Source: Folioceros fuciformis (taxonomy: Eukaryota). From it: a stretch of 63,882 nt of DNA. Below, piece after piece: positions 1-12,914 of the stretch. The DNA lies in NCBI GenBank assembly GCA_049999805.1, contig JBNGIO010006035.1, positions 67,587-131,468 of the forward strand. The letters are read 5' to 3'. The stretch's first letter is position 1. The number at the start of each line of letters is the position of its first letter. Below the pieces are notes generated by a model. It did no database searches, was not told where the DNA came from, and saw nothing but the letters and a program-made list of their open reading frames with translations. The position numbers were made by a program, and so were the translations under genes.

Positions 1-1300
1 GGTTTGTGAAATTGTGAGCCCACTGCTGAAAGTCTCAGGAAAATCAAAGCCACGGGAAAGTCAAATCCTCCATTCTGAACGACTGGCTCTGCATGCATTC
101 TGTCAATTCCTGGTACCAACGGTTCAAAAGCTCTAGTAGTGATAGACTCCCCCTCCTAGACAGTCACTCCTAGATAAGTTGGTATGCTTGTCCAGAATGA
201 GAACAACACAACGTCCAATCCATCACAAAAACGAGCAATCCTGCTGCACATATCACTGCAACAGGTAGTATTGCGCAGAAGTTTGCAATCGCTGTGCATC
301 AATGAAAACACTGCCACATTGAATTTGAAAACCAAGCTTGCAAGCTCTGCACGTCACATGACCGCTGTCAGTCTATAGGACCTGGGAGTAAACTTGCAAA
401 TGCAATGCGGAGGGAGCAGAGGGAGCACCTGGTTCTGGTGAGGGAGAAGCTAATGGAGCTGCGCAGACTACATACCCAGGGCAGAGTGCGCATCAAGCTT
501 GTCAATTTCAACCGAGAAACGACGTTGAAGTCTACGGTTTCCTGGGTCGTGTACACCGAGTGACAAAGTCAACACTACTGCACCGGTTTGGACATTGATG
601 TGCGATTGGTTCCTTTTTCTCCTGATTCGTCCTGTCCACCAGTTCTTAGGGGACAGACAGGGCCTGGTCCAAAACTTGTAGTGCAAGTTGCACAGGCTCG
701 TGCTTGCTAAGCAGCAGATTAGCATTCGTCATTTGGGAGCTGCAACTGAGGAAAATGTAGAAAATTTTGTCAAAACTTTTGTTTGAATAACATGCAAGTG
801 GCTTCCTTTCTGTTCCTTCAAGGTAATATGCAAGTCGCTTTGAAGCCACGCAGCGCGGGCTGCACAGGATGGCTCAGCCATGGACTAGTGAAAACGAGCC
901 CGGGGCAACAGATCAGCTCAGAGATGGAAATGGGAGCTTGGAAGTGGGTTCAAAGCAATGGCACGTTTTCTTGACTTGGGCAATAATACAGACAACGTGG
1001 AGGCCTTAGGGTGGTAAGGTACAACGCACAGCTGCCCGCTTTGAAACCTACCTACAGGGCAAGTTTTCTAGCACAGTTCTTGAAGTCATGCAGATTCTGC
1101 TACATACTTCCACACTGGAGGTAGGTGGTGAGGTCATTGATATTTAATTTAGCGAAGGGTGACGGAGGGTGTGCTTGCAGGGAGGGCAGTTTAGGCCATG
1201 CTTGGCTTCGAAGGTGGTACAACCAGTGTGGGTGCTTGCATCATACAGCCATGGGAGAAGAGAGAACATAGGATGGAGGTGGAAAATGTTCAGGAGACAG

Positions 1301-3941
1301 TTAGAAAGAGTGGGCTGTTTCCTCGAGAGGCTGTGCAGTAGCCACCTTCTTGGGGATATAAAGGTAGGCGAAGAGGATGAAGAGGGCGGTGCTGGTAGCA
1401 ACTACGCCGGCGAGGAGCCAGTAGAACCATTCCAGGCCTCCGGTCATGAGTCCGGTGATGCTTAGCCAGCCGCCGTCCGACTTCTTGGTGGAGGCGTTCA
1501 CGATGTTGACGAGAATGCTGGAGAAGAAGTAGCCCATGGAGATAGCGGTGAAGTAGAAGGAGGTGCCGATGCTCTTCATGCCGTCGGGAGCCTCTTGGAA
1601 GAAGAAGTTGAGCTGGGCAACACCAATGACGAACTCCACGAACCCCAGGATCATGTACTGCGGGAGCAGCCAGAAGATGGACATCGGGACCAGCCCCATC
1701 TGGGTCTCCAGGGGCATGATATTATGAGTTTTGATGAGGCTGACCCTTTTCCTCTCAACCAGGGCGGCGGCCACCATGGAGAAGATGGCGGCCACCAAGC
1801 CGACCCCGATGCGCTGGAGGTGGGTGAAGCCCAGGGGGTTGACGGTATAGCGCCTTGCAAGAGGCCTGACCACCGTCTCCCAGATTGCTACTGACACGAA
1901 TGCAGCCGCCATGAGGAAGATGGCGATGGAGGGAACAGGGATGACAAAGTTGCCGTTGCCGATGTGCCGGTTCATGCCGATGGCTTGCTGCTGCGTGAAG
2001 GACGCAACTTGGGCGAAGAGGGTGTAGACCACGATGTTGGTAAGCCAGATGGGCAGGAGCTGGATGATGGTTTTCAGATTCTCCACCTGCGTTACCGTGC
2101 ACTGCTTCCAGTGGCTCGTCTCTCCTTCCTGTCTGATGGCTGCCTTGTCCAAGAAGCTGCCAAACACACCACAAGATAGGGAAAAGGCTAAAGATCTGTC
2201 ATCCCATGATGCCACGACTATCCTATCATTTGTTGGACGCCTTTTTGAGTTTTGTGATTTGCCCTTGGCATGGGAATTGATGCGTGGTTGGGCATGGGGT
2301 GGTGAGATTACCGTAGCCTGTCTGTGTGAGCAACCCTCCGGATGCCTTTCAATGCCAGCTCCTTGTCATCCAGCTCGTAGAGCTCGGAGCTGTCTGCAGG
2401 CAACGGAAGCTGAATGTTTGAGAAAGCAGCCGCTACCACTTGAGCCAGTTGAGTGAAAGCGCTTCCTCCAGGCTTCTGGTGCCTGGAACACATGAGGGAA
2501 CACGGTGGTGCAACGTCAGGACAAAATTACCCTGCTGCCAGTCTCTGTCTGGTCGAAGAATGATGCGCACAATGCTGAATTGGAAAGTTAACGTTGATGA
2601 TGCGCTCACCGGTAGAAGGGTGTTCCCAAGAAGAAGAGAGCAGCACCCAGAACAGAAAATAGGGTGAGAGCAATGAAGGCCCACTTAAACTGTATCGTGG
2701 ACGCCCAGGTGATCAAGGTGACACTAACAACAGCCCCGAGGTTGATGAAGACATAAAACCCAGTGAAGAAGTGCTTGGACTGCACCTTCTCCACAGGATC
2801 GCCCTGGTCGAACTGGTCCTGCCCCAGAGATGCGACGCAGGGCTTGAGTCCCGCCGACCCAACAGCGAGTAAGAAGAGGCCTGCTTGAAACAATCGGAGG
2901 ATATGGCGGTCGGTTGGGGGGCAGTTGGGGTACTGCACACACAGGGGAGGAAGCATGTTCTTGGTGGCAGACTGCACCGTCAGGATAGCCAGGCCCTGAT
3001 GATCAAGACCAGCGCCACGCAGTGCACATCAGCTCAGTGACACTGCCGACATCGAGAGGAGGTTCAGAAATGCAAGGAATCTTAATGACAGAAGTTCAGA
3101 ACCCGTTTGATAATTCTTACAGCAAGACCGATGGTAACGGACAAGGAAATTGTGAGGAATCGGCCGAGGTAGGCGTCGGACACGAAGGCCCAGAAGAAAG
3201 GCAGCAGGTACGTGACGCCAAGGAAGTTGGTCACGATGTTGGCTGCCTCGACTGGCAACAAGTGCATGGTGAAGAGCAGGTAGGAGAACAAGTTGGCTGC
3301 CACTCCGATGATGGTCACCATGTCGGTGAACGTCACCCCTGCCACCACCAATTCCACACAACTGTAGTCACATTTCACCGTACTCCGCTCCGCGTGGTTG
3401 CATTAATCATCAATCAAGAATCAATCTTCCACACTTCACCGTCGCCCGATTCATCACCGAGCATCGACATACTCGATCGAATCCTTGACATCCAAAGTCG
3501 GAAGCAGGCATTCATGCAGTAATCCATCTACCTATCGTCTGCTCCTTCAATCAATCCATCAAACGCATGCATACCATAGAGAAACCCCGCCGACTTCCAC
3601 GACCCCGTTTTGAACTTGTTGCAAGGCCGACCCCGAAGACACACAGACCCGTCGGTCACGAAACCCGCAACCAGATCTCTGTCCTGGATCCCATTGCCAA
3701 CGCCAGTGCTCGGCGCCGGGTCTCGCACGGGACTCCCAAGCGGGCTTGTCAAAACCTCCTATACGTTCACACATGACCAGCCTCAAAATTACAACCAGTG
3801 TGCACAAGCCAACATCTCCACCCACATTCCAACACTCCTTCCTTCCTCCCTTCCGTTCTTCCTTCCTTCCTCCATCCTTCTTTTTCTTCCTCTTCTTCTT
3901 CTTCGTCTTCTTCTTCTTCTTACGGTCCTGGAACGTACCAT
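1301..3941 (-). CDS. NRT1/PTR (NPF) family transporter, multi-exon
   Basis: Exons encode GSVCLRGRP..KTGSWKSA, AFVSDAYLGRFLTI, GSAGLKPCVASLGQDQFD, CTVTQVENLK, QRIGVGL, MSIFWLLPQY and FFFQEAPDGMKS. The start is inferred as a 3-nt ATG exon (3941-3939) followed by GTACGT and spliced to the TAG acceptor at ~3759, because an in-frame stop precedes exon 2. Confidence 0.93.
3836..3921. repeat. (CCTT)n/(CTT)n microsatellite in the first NPF intron
   Basis: Visible tccttccttcc... and cttcttcttcttcgtcttcttcttctt tracts. Confidence 0.85.
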
Positions 3942-4213
3942 GTTTGTTTGCTTGCCGATTCCGGGGGTTCACTCAGTCCGGCCCAACTGACCTGACCCTT
4001 GCAGACTCGGGCGTTGCTCGCGCAGCGCTATAGCATGCGCCGGTGCCACAGCAATCGCATTGCCAGTGCCAGTGCCAGTACCGGTGCCAATGCCAACGGA
4101 AATCGAGTACTGCACAAACCGATCGTGTTTGGAGAGACTGGTGCTGGCCAGGACACAGAGACGCGAAGGCCTGCAGCTGTTGCCGGGTTGGAACTCGCGT
4201 AGCTTAACCATGT

Positions 4214-4277
4214 GCCGGCCGGCAGCACGGCTGAGCTCAGGTCGGCCGGCAGCACGGCTGAGCTCAAGTCGGCCGGC
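4214..4277. repeat. Short GC-rich tandem repeat (~28 bp, ~2.3 copies)
   Basis: cggccggcagcacggctgagctca(g/a)gt is repeated upstream of the NPF gene. Confidence 0.8.
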
Positions 4278-6403
4278 GTTCCTTTCCGTAGTGGAGAATC
4301 TGGAGGCGAGTATGGCCGACCACGCTTACCATCCGCGTCTGGGATCCGGCATTCGTAGATTCTTCACCGCATTCTTTTTCTTCACACCGCAACATGCCGT
4401 CCTCCAGCTTTCTGTTAGAAAAAAGGTGAATCCCAAGATAAGCCCCAACCCAAGATAAGCCTCGTAAAAGTACATCTAGATTGAGAGTCGATGCGTATAT
4501 ATATAACCTTCAAGCATGACTATAACTTAATAAAGAGTAAACATTATTGTGGTTCTATTCTATATACCTTAGGTATAATCTCTAGACTTTAATGTAGATA
4601 TGTTGCACAAACCCCATAAGTTTCTAACACTTTCTTGTTTTGTACACTTTTGCTGTAGTTTTCATTCTCCTTTGCCTCCCTGCAGCTCCGGGAAAGATTC
4701 TGCATATGGATGGGGGGCGAGCGTTATGTCTTTGTGGAAAAGGGTCTAATAATGCTCCACAGGATGTAGGGAGTGCACATTATCGAAGACTCCAGAGTCA
4801 CGGGCCCTTGAGAAGAATCAGCACAATATAGGGTTTGAGGCTGATAGATGTGATGCACAAGCTTCCCTTGTGCAAGATATTTGAATGACATTGCTGCTTT
4901 GTAAAGCAAAATAAGCTTTAGGCTTGTGTAAGATGAAATTATCATCCGGAACTGGCCGTCAGACTTGGGTCCAAGGTTCACCTTGCATGAGGCGTCTGTG
5001 TCACAGTGCCACTTCGTAAGGCTACGTTGAGGCCACTATGCTCTGCTCTGATGGCGAAGCACTTGTTTGGTTCGTGTGAGGTATACATCCATGAGATTGC
5101 CACTTAGCAAATAAGTATCCTCCTCACGAGCACTTGCGGCCGCAAGAGAGGGATGCGCAAGTAAGTTAAACGTTGGATCAGGGCCAGGCCATGGTGTCTT
5201 CAATGGCAGTGGGGGGAATGGCAGCTGGCGTTTATCATGCCAAGTTCTCCCCATTCATGGATATGACCGGACACAGAGCGCCAACACCGCCATGTCCCAC
5301 CAGCTCGGCCTCGCAGGAGAGTGTTGGCAGAACCAGAGAGATTGGTGATACATTAGCGTGCCACCCAGGCATGTGAAGACACCTGTAAATTTAGGCAACG
5401 AGTTTGGTGCCATCGAGGCGGAAAACACACACATCCTTTACTTGGCGGGACCGCTCTAGAGCGCTTGCAACTACTGTAGTCGCAGGAGGGTAGGGCAAGG
5501 TGAAGCAAGTCAGTAGGGACCCTAGTGGTGTGTAAAACGGCGCTACGTTGTGAGAAATAGTTCGATCGAAGGCCAGTGTAAAATAGCCGCAATTGTGGAT
5601 GCCAGACGCTCAATCCGTAGATGTCTCGCATATACAATTTGGCGTCGATCCGAGAGATCATCCTTCCTCAAGCTTCTCGTCGGGCCGTCGGCGATTACCA
5701 CCTGGTTGATGTGGTCTAGCGAATCTGGCTCGCGACTTCAGCAATACCTTAGAACGCGACGACGAAGATGCACCATGGATGGTACGGGAGCAATTTAGTG
5801 CCTAGGCTATGTACATACGTAGGTTATTTCATTGGAAGACTTATGATAACGCGTACACTCTGCTACAGGTGAGGGTAGAGCTGTGCGAACTACAGCTTCC
5901 TTCCCCACAGCCGCATAGCACCCGTAACCTGGTAGGGTTCGAAGTACAATCATTCCCAGTTTTTTACTCATCTCTTGATTAGGAGATAAACTAATCGAAT
6001 TCCGACAGCGGATCTCTTACTTCCGTTCTGCTTCCTTCTGGCATTGTTGGGAACCAACGCCAGACATCCCCCATGGGAATGTCCCTTGTTGTCTTCACCG
6101 AACAGCGAAGTAATGTAGAACTTGCGGCCGTCAACATGCCGCCTGCTGTTCCAAAGTGTCAAAGGAGTAAGTTTGGGAGCACTCCAGAGCCTGTGTGAAT
6201 TATGGCACACCTCAGGAGCCCCCTCTTGTCTAAGGAATCCTGTAACAAGGAAGCAACGTGAAGATTTGCACGAACAGGTGAACCCTTGCTGCCCGTGATG
6301 ACCGTGTGGAGCTAGCCCAATTTTTGAAGACATTTCCGTACTTCGCGGGATCGCAATGAGTCTCCCACCCTGCAGACTGGCTGTTATGAAGGGACGATTA
6401 TCC

Positions 6404-9400
6404 TCAAGACACTCGGATGCGTTTTGACGTCTGCAACTCCTCCTTGAACCAGTCGGTGCAATCCTCAGCGGTTCCATCAGGATTGGCAAGCTGCCACATG
6501 ATCAGCCGTTCCATCTGCTCAGGTGAAACTAAGGGGTTCAGGCACGGTCATGGGACCCATGAGTTGAAGCACTGACCAAAGTAATAGAAGAACACAAAAC
6601 GTCAAGACTGCTAAACACTTGTCCTCACCCATGCCTTCACTTGGGGACCGCCAGACTTCAACCCAAGTAAGGTCATTACTGCCCTTCCATCAAGCAATGG
6701 CTTCACCTCCCATACCTTCTCCAACCCTGCCACAGTCACAAAAGGCAATAGCAAGTTTGTCTCGTGGGTGATTCTTAATGGGCGCCTTTGACTTAACAAT
6801 CCACCAGCATGCCAAGAATTAGACACTCGAGAAACCCAACACACCCATGCTGGTTATTCTTTTCTCAATTTCGAGACAGCGTTGTACTCTGCCTTCGGTT
6901 GCCGAACTTTTCTTCAATTGTGACAAGCTGGGGTTCTCCACATTACCCACAACTGGACCCTTGTAAAGCGGTGATGAAAGTAACAGAGCCACACGCCAAA
7001 GATCTTTGATTTCTCTCAAAAACAGACCTGTGGAGTTGCACATGGGTTTAAGGTTAGAGATTATGATGAAAGACTTTATTTGTTACGAAACAACTCTCCA
7101 GCTAGAAGTTGAAAACATATGCTTGTGCGCTAACCAGCTTTCACTCGCTGCTTAGAGGCAAGGGACGAGGCATCAAAATCTCCATCTTCACCAACATCAG
7201 ATTCTTTTTCAAGATCTGTGCTGAGAGATTCAAAGCCCACAGCGGCAGCATGTAATGCAAGTACCTGCAGTTCCAAGAGTTACATGAGCCATAGAGGCAT
7301 GAACAAAGTAATCAGAGGTTCATGAAGCACGCTCCATACTTCCTCAGCATCTTTGGCCTTTAGCTTCAGTGATTCCCTTATTACTGTGGTTGTCAATGCT
7401 ATCTGCAAGTCAACAGACGGGGAACGCACGAAGGTGTGTAGTTTTAGTACCACAAAAATTATAATACTTGGCATGTATATGCATTGACCGAGATGGATAA
7501 AACGTACCGGCTTGCCTTTGGCATCATGTGACACAATCCCACGGAACGGGAAGAGTAGGGCGCTGAGAAGACATATCCTTTGTTGAATTAACTGCAAATC
7601 AAAGTTCAGAGGGGGATATGACTCATTGTAAGTCAGGCCATGTCAGATATTGTCAGAGGGAACTTGATAGCCATAGTACTGTTGCAGGGCCACATGGGTG
7701 CGTATTCCCCAAGACGATCACTGGAATTCAGATGCCAATTTCTTCCACAATTTCAATCACGAGTCATACTTACATTGACCTTCAAGGGCCCGAACCCCTT
7801 AAGCACTTCCACCACTTCTTCTAGATGATCCACACATGAGCTGTCAGCAACAAGACACCCTCAGACAAGTCATGGGTATAACTTCTCGGCATTGGATTAG
7901 TGAGACACACCATCCAAAGTCTTCAGGGATCCGGATGTCAGTTTTCGAAGAAGCAGGAAGACTGAAAATAGTAGGGAAAAGTTGCAGATCTGCCAGTTGG
8001 CGCATGGCTTTGACAGGATTGTTGCCCCTCAGCATCAAATCGATCTGTACCCATTCCCGTGACAGAACACATGCATCATCTGCTTAAACGAAACAGTAAC
8101 GCCAGCAAGAAAAAACCCGAAGTACCTCGGTGCCAATGCGTTCTCGACTGACTTTGTTCCCGAGGGCTACTTTGACCTCTTCTGATGCTGCTGCATGTTT
8201 CAACTCTTCATTGATCTGGTAATCAAATCGTGCTCCTGAATCAATTACACAAGAAAATGTGAAAAGCCTGAAGTGTCTTCAGCCCCTGAAGACCAAGTAA
8301 GGAGGCCATCCAGGACATACCGAAACGCACTGCCCTTAACACACGAAGTGGGTCATCCAAAAATGTGCAGAGTGGAGGGAGAGGTGTTGCAATGACTCCA
8401 TCCTTAAGATCTTGAAGCCCTGTAGTGACCACAATTTTTAGACAAGCCTCCGGAAAAGAGATTGCTAAAAACATCTCTGCAATTCCATATCAACCTCGTT
8501 TAGTGAAGTCCTCGACAGTACCGGTGTTAATATTATAGAAGAGACTGTCAAGCCACCAGACACACCCATGAATCAGAAACCGCTTTGAAGATACAGCCAT
8601 ACATCAATAGCACACATTGAGAGTTGAAACCTTCTTGTCAAACAGCCACAATTCCTCAACTTTCTCTCCACTGACGTTTTATCAAACTGGGAAGCAACTC
8701 TCAGGCAGATGTGAAACAACTATCCTCCACAGAAGCACACCTGTTTATTGTTAAATCCCGTCGATAGGCATCTTCCTCAGCGGTTCCAAACGTCTGCGGC
8801 AAGGAATAGAGCCTCCAGAAAAGTTCAGCCAGTATGTTCAAGGTTCAGCAGATGCTACCAGTCGGCAGAAAGTGCGTTTGCTTTCAGTTCATTTGAGATC
8901 AACTAAGAAAGAAACAACTGTGGCCGAAATTCACCATGGTTGGGATGCGACTGCCTTCTGTGTAAGCCTCGGCTCGGAGATTCACAAAGTCAATGGCAAC
9001 TCCATGCAACCGCATGTGGGCAGCCTCCAGATGTTTGGACTGCTCAGGATTGCTGTACCATTCCAAGGCGGGCACTTCAACACCTTCGGATTCTCTAGGG
9101 CATGTTCACATAAATTGGAGCTTAGAGACAGCAGACAAGAAGCGAAATCATACCTTTTGATCACACAGAACTCTCGTTCTTGTTCACCAATACTCTTCAA
9201 GTATTCATTCACTTTCTCACAAAAATGGCTCCCCAGCATGTTGTCCAATGCGATATCGATATCTGTCGAGTGTTTTCCCAACAGCTGACAGCCTAACCGG
9301 TCAGAGATGAGCTACTTCCACAACCTTGAAACACACTGCTCGTCTATGACACGCCTTGGCCGTCACGCACCCCAACGATTACATTGGGAACCAACCTTGT

Positions 9401-9800
9401 CACGGACCCATCCACCTGCTACACGAAGTTGAGTGTCGAGCTGATTGTGACGCAGGGTGGCCAGCAACTTGTTGAAAATTATCCCCTCCATCTTGGTCAA
9501 CTTCACAGTGTCCTGAACTTCCATCCTGAAACCTCCTGCCTGAAAGTGCCCTTGGTTCAGTGGAGGCGACCTGTTTCTCCTCCTCGCAGATGAGAATCTG
9601 GCAGGAAAATCCAGCAACGGAGACAAGTTTTCGGAGGCAAGGGAGCTAACGAAGACTAAATCTGATCCAATTGCTCGGCAAGGAAGCTGAGGACCCGTTA
9701 ACAGCAATTGTCTCACCCATGCGTGGACAGTTCGAATCTTGCCAGGTGGTAGCCTAGATTGCCAAGATACAGGGAGAAGGGGAGAAAAAATCCGTGCCAT
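6404..9800 (-). CDS. tRNA nucleotidyltransferase (class II CCA-adding enzyme), multi-exon
   Basis: Motifs LRVAGGWVRDK, DIDIALDNM, EEDAYRRDLTIN, TFLDDPLRVLRAVRF and VWEVKPLLDGR. The last exon reads WQLANPDGTAEDCTDWF..., with TGA at 6404-6406. Confidence 0.93.
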
Positions 9801-10084
9801 CAACGTCCTCGTCCCATCTCAACTACCAGGCAGTGCACCGGTCTTCAAGCTCTGCGGGTCCAGCACGTATCGGGTTGGAATGACGGAGAAGGAATGGATT
9901 TTGGAATGCCAAATTCTTGTCTTACAGAATCCGTCTGGTTCGTTCGTAGGGTTAGTCGGTTGTCACGGCAGAGACTCGAGGGGGGAATCCGTACTCTGGT
10001 TCCTCATGCTTCCCCGACCTTCGAGCTGGATTTCAAGTCTTCAAGCTTTACATTGTCACGCTGCAGACTGCAGGCAGTTCAGGC

Positions 10085-12904
10085 ATGCTCCGTGTCACGT
10101 CTGAAATCGTGAGCAAGTTATGTCATGAAGGCCATGTGTTTAAAGCCGTTGAGGCGTTGGGAGTTCTCGTGCAGACGGACTGCTGCATTCGCAAATGTCT
10201 CCTCTATGAAGTCCTCAAGGAATGTGTGTTCTGTAAGGATGTCATTCTGGGTCGCCGTGTCCATGCTTTCGCGGTGAGAAAGGGATATGAGTCGGACACG
10301 TTCCTATGCAACCACATCCTGCGAATGTATGCCTCCCATGGCAGGTTGCAAGATGCCATTGATGTTTTCTCTATGGTTTCCATACCAGATGCCTTTATGT
10401 GGTCTTCTATCATTTCCGCTCATGTCAGACACGGACAGTACAGCCAGGGGATAAAACTGTATAATAGGATGCGGGAAACAAATGGGAAACCAGATGGTCA
10501 TGTGTTTATGGCAACTCTTCAGGCCTGTGCAAAGGGATCAGACTTGGAAACTGGGCAGCAGGTGCATGCTGATGTGTTAGCTAGTGGCATTGAGCTTAAC
10601 TTGTTCCTTGGAAGTGGCTTGGTGGACATGTATGCCAAATGTGGCAGCTTAGAGGCTGCTCAGGGTGTGTTTGATCGTCTTGGTGAGAAAAATGTGGTGA
10701 CATGGAATGCCATGATAGCAGGGTATTCTCAGAACGGCATGGGCCAAGAAGCTCTTCGTCTGTATAGTGCTATGGAAGAAGAAGGTACCGTTAAACCTGA
10801 TTCAGTGACGTTTGTGTGCCTTCTTCAGGCATGTGTAAGTGTGGGTACCTTGGCTTTGGAGAAGGGGAGGCATCTCCATGCGAAGATAAGAGAACGAGGA
10901 CATGATGGTGATGTGGTTGTAAACAACAGCTTGGTGGACATGTATGCTAAGTGTGGCAACATGGAAGAAGCTCGAAGAGTGTTTGATAGAATTCGTCAAA
11001 GAGATGTGGTGACATGGAATATCATGATAGGAGGGTATTCGCAGCAGTGCATGTGCCAGGAAGCTCTCCATCTATACAGTGCTATGCTAGAAGATGGCAC
11101 AGCTGTCCCTGATGCTGTAACGTTTGTCTGTCTCACGCAGGCATGTGCAAGTGTGGGTACCCTGGCGTTGGAGAAGGGGAAGCAGCTTCATGCACAAATC
11201 AGAGAGCAAGGCCATCAAGGCAATATGTTTGTAGTCAACAGTTTGATACACATGTATGCAAAGTGTGGCAGCTTGCAAGACGCGCAGACACTCTTTGATG
11301 GACTTGAAACGAAAGCTGTGGTAACGTGGAATGCCATGATATCAGGGTACTCCCATCAGGGCATGGGGCAGGAGGCCCTGAGGCTCTACAGCTCTATGCA
11401 AGATGAAGGCATCGCTGCACCGGATTCTGTGACGTACGTGTGCCTCCTGCAGGCATGTGCAAGCGTGGGCACCCCAGCTTTGGAGAAGGGGAAACAGCTT
11501 CATGGACAAATAAGAGAACATGGATACCAAGCTGACGTTTTTGTTGGCAACAGTTTGGTTAACATGTACGCAAAGTGTGGCAGCCTAGAAGACGCTCAAA
11601 GAGTTTTTGAAGGTCTGAATGAAAAAGATGTGGTAACGTGGAATGCAATGATAGCAGGGTGGTCTCAGCAGGGCATGGGCCAGGAAGCTCTGCGCCATTA
11701 CAGTGCCATGCAAGAAATTGGGATGACTGTACCTGATTCGGTCACATTTGTGTGCCTCCTGCAGGCATGTGCAAGTGTGGGTTACCCAGCTTTGGAGCAC
11801 GGGAGGCAGCTTCATGCGCAGATGCGAGAACGAGATCTTCAGGCCGATGTGTTTCTCGCCAGCAGCTTGGTAAACATGTACGCAAAGTGTGGAAGCCTAG
11901 ACGATGCTCAGGGTGTGTTTGACGAACTTGCTCAAAAAGATGTGGTGGCATGGAATGCCTTGATAGCAGGGTATTCCCAGCAGGGCTTGGGCCAGGAAGC
12001 CCTTAGTCTTTACTCTGCTATGCAAGAAGAGGGCATGGCTGCACCCAACTCTATCACGTTTGTCTGCCTTCTGCAGGCCTGTGCTAATGTGGCAGCGTTG
12101 CATGTGGGACGGCAGCTACATGCGCGGATTGAAGAACAAGGGCTTCACGGTGATGCGTTTGTAGCTGGAAGTTTGATAAACATGTATGGAAAGTGCGGGA
12201 GTATGGTTGATGCTCAGCAGGTATTTGATACATTGCCCGACAGAGACACTGTGACCTGGAGTGCACTGATTGCAAGCTACACTTGTCATGGAGACAGTGA
12301 AGTGGTCCTTGACCTGGTCCAAGAAATGAAAGACGATGGCATTGAGCCAGTCGGAATCACATTCCTGAGTCTCCTCACAGTCTGCAGTCATGCAGGTCTA
12401 GTAAAAACGGGCAGGGAATACTTTGATTCTATGACCAAACACTACCGCATCCTGCCCACAGTTGAACACTACACCTGCATGGTGGATCTTTTCGGCCGGG
12501 CAGGCCAACTGGGTGAGGCACTGGCTTTGATGAGTACAATGGATGAAGTGCCTGACACCGCAATGTGGCACACGCTGTTAGCTGCTTGTCGAAAGTGGGG
12601 CAACGTGGAGGTTGCACGCCATGCTTTCAACGCCGCAGTGAAGCTGGACCAAGGAGATGCTGCTGCGTATGTGTTGATGATCAGCATATACACAGGTGCG
12701 CAGATGTGGGAGCAGGCACAGGAGATCCAGGCCATGAGAACAACAACCAGGCCTTGGAAGAAACCAGGTCAGAGCTGGTGGACAGACATGGACGGTCTGG
12801 TGCACAGTTTCGTGGTTGGCGATAAGCAGGATCCCGAAGAAACCAGGTCAGAGCTGGAGGACAGACATGGACGGTCTGGTGCACAGTTTCGTGGTTGGCG
12901 ATAA
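10085..12904 (+). CDS. PLS-class PPR protein, E-type with WW-type PG-box, no catalytic DYW; possibly disrupted
   Basis: Intronless P-L-S repeats (VDMYAKCG...DVVTWNAMIAGY) with E1/E2, ending KKPGQSWWTDMDGLVHSFVVGDK. A 79-bp duplication frameshifts the tail. Confidence 0.92.
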   Translation: MLRVTSEIVSKLCHEGHVFKAVEALGVLVQTDCCIRKCLLYEVLKECVFCKDVILGRRVHAFAVRKGYESDTFLCNHILRMYASHGRLQDAIDVFSMVSIPDAFMWSSIISAHVRHGQYSQGIKLYNRMRETNGKPDGHVFMATLQACAKGSDLETGQQVHADVLASGIELNLFLGSGLVDMYAKCGSLEAAQGVFDRLGEKNVVTWNAMIAGYSQNGMGQEALRLYSAMEEEGTVKPDSVTFVCLLQACVSVGTLALEKGRHLHAKIRERGHDGDVVVNNSLVDMYAKCGNMEEARRVFDRIRQRDVVTWNIMIGGYSQQCMCQEALHLYSAMLEDGTAVPDAVTFVCLTQACASVGTLALEKGKQLHAQIREQGHQGNMFVVNSLIHMYAKCGSLQDAQTLFDGLETKAVVTWNAMISGYSHQGMGQEALRLYSSMQDEGIAAPDSVTYVCLLQACASVGTPALEKGKQLHGQIREHGYQADVFVGNSLVNMYAKCGSLEDAQRVFEGLNEKDVVTWNAMIAGWSQQGMGQEALRHYSAMQEIGMTVPDSVTFVCLLQACASVGYPALEHGRQLHAQMRERDLQADVFLASSLVNMYAKCGSLDDAQGVFDELAQKDVVAWNALIAGYSQQGLGQEALSLYSAMQEEGMAAPNSITFVCLLQACANVAALHVGRQLHARIEEQGLHGDAFVAGSLINMYGKCGSMVDAQQVFDTLPDRDTVTWSALIASYTCHGDSEVVLDLVQEMKDDGIEPVGITFLSLLTVCSHAGLVKTGREYFDSMTKHYRILPTVEHYTCMVDLFGRAGQLGEALALMSTMDEVPDTAMWHTLLAACRKWGNVEVARHAFNAAVKLDQGDAAAYVLMISIYTGAQMWEQAQEIQAMRTTTRPWKKPGQSWWTDMDGLVHSFVVGDKQDPEETRSELEDRHGRSGAQFRGWR

Positions 12905-12914
12905 GCAGGATCCC
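12757..12914 (+). repeat. 79-bp direct tandem duplication of the PG-box coding sequence
   Basis: 12757-12835 and 12836-12914 are identical except for tggtgg vs tggagg. Confidence 0.95.

Noticed and set aside
1-1100. Possible exons at the window start
   Set aside because: I could not assemble or recognise a product.
4600-6400. Short ORFs between NPF and the CCA gene
   Set aside because: I found no recognisable motifs or consistent exon chain; the 5968..6489 ORF overlaps the last CCA exon in another frame.
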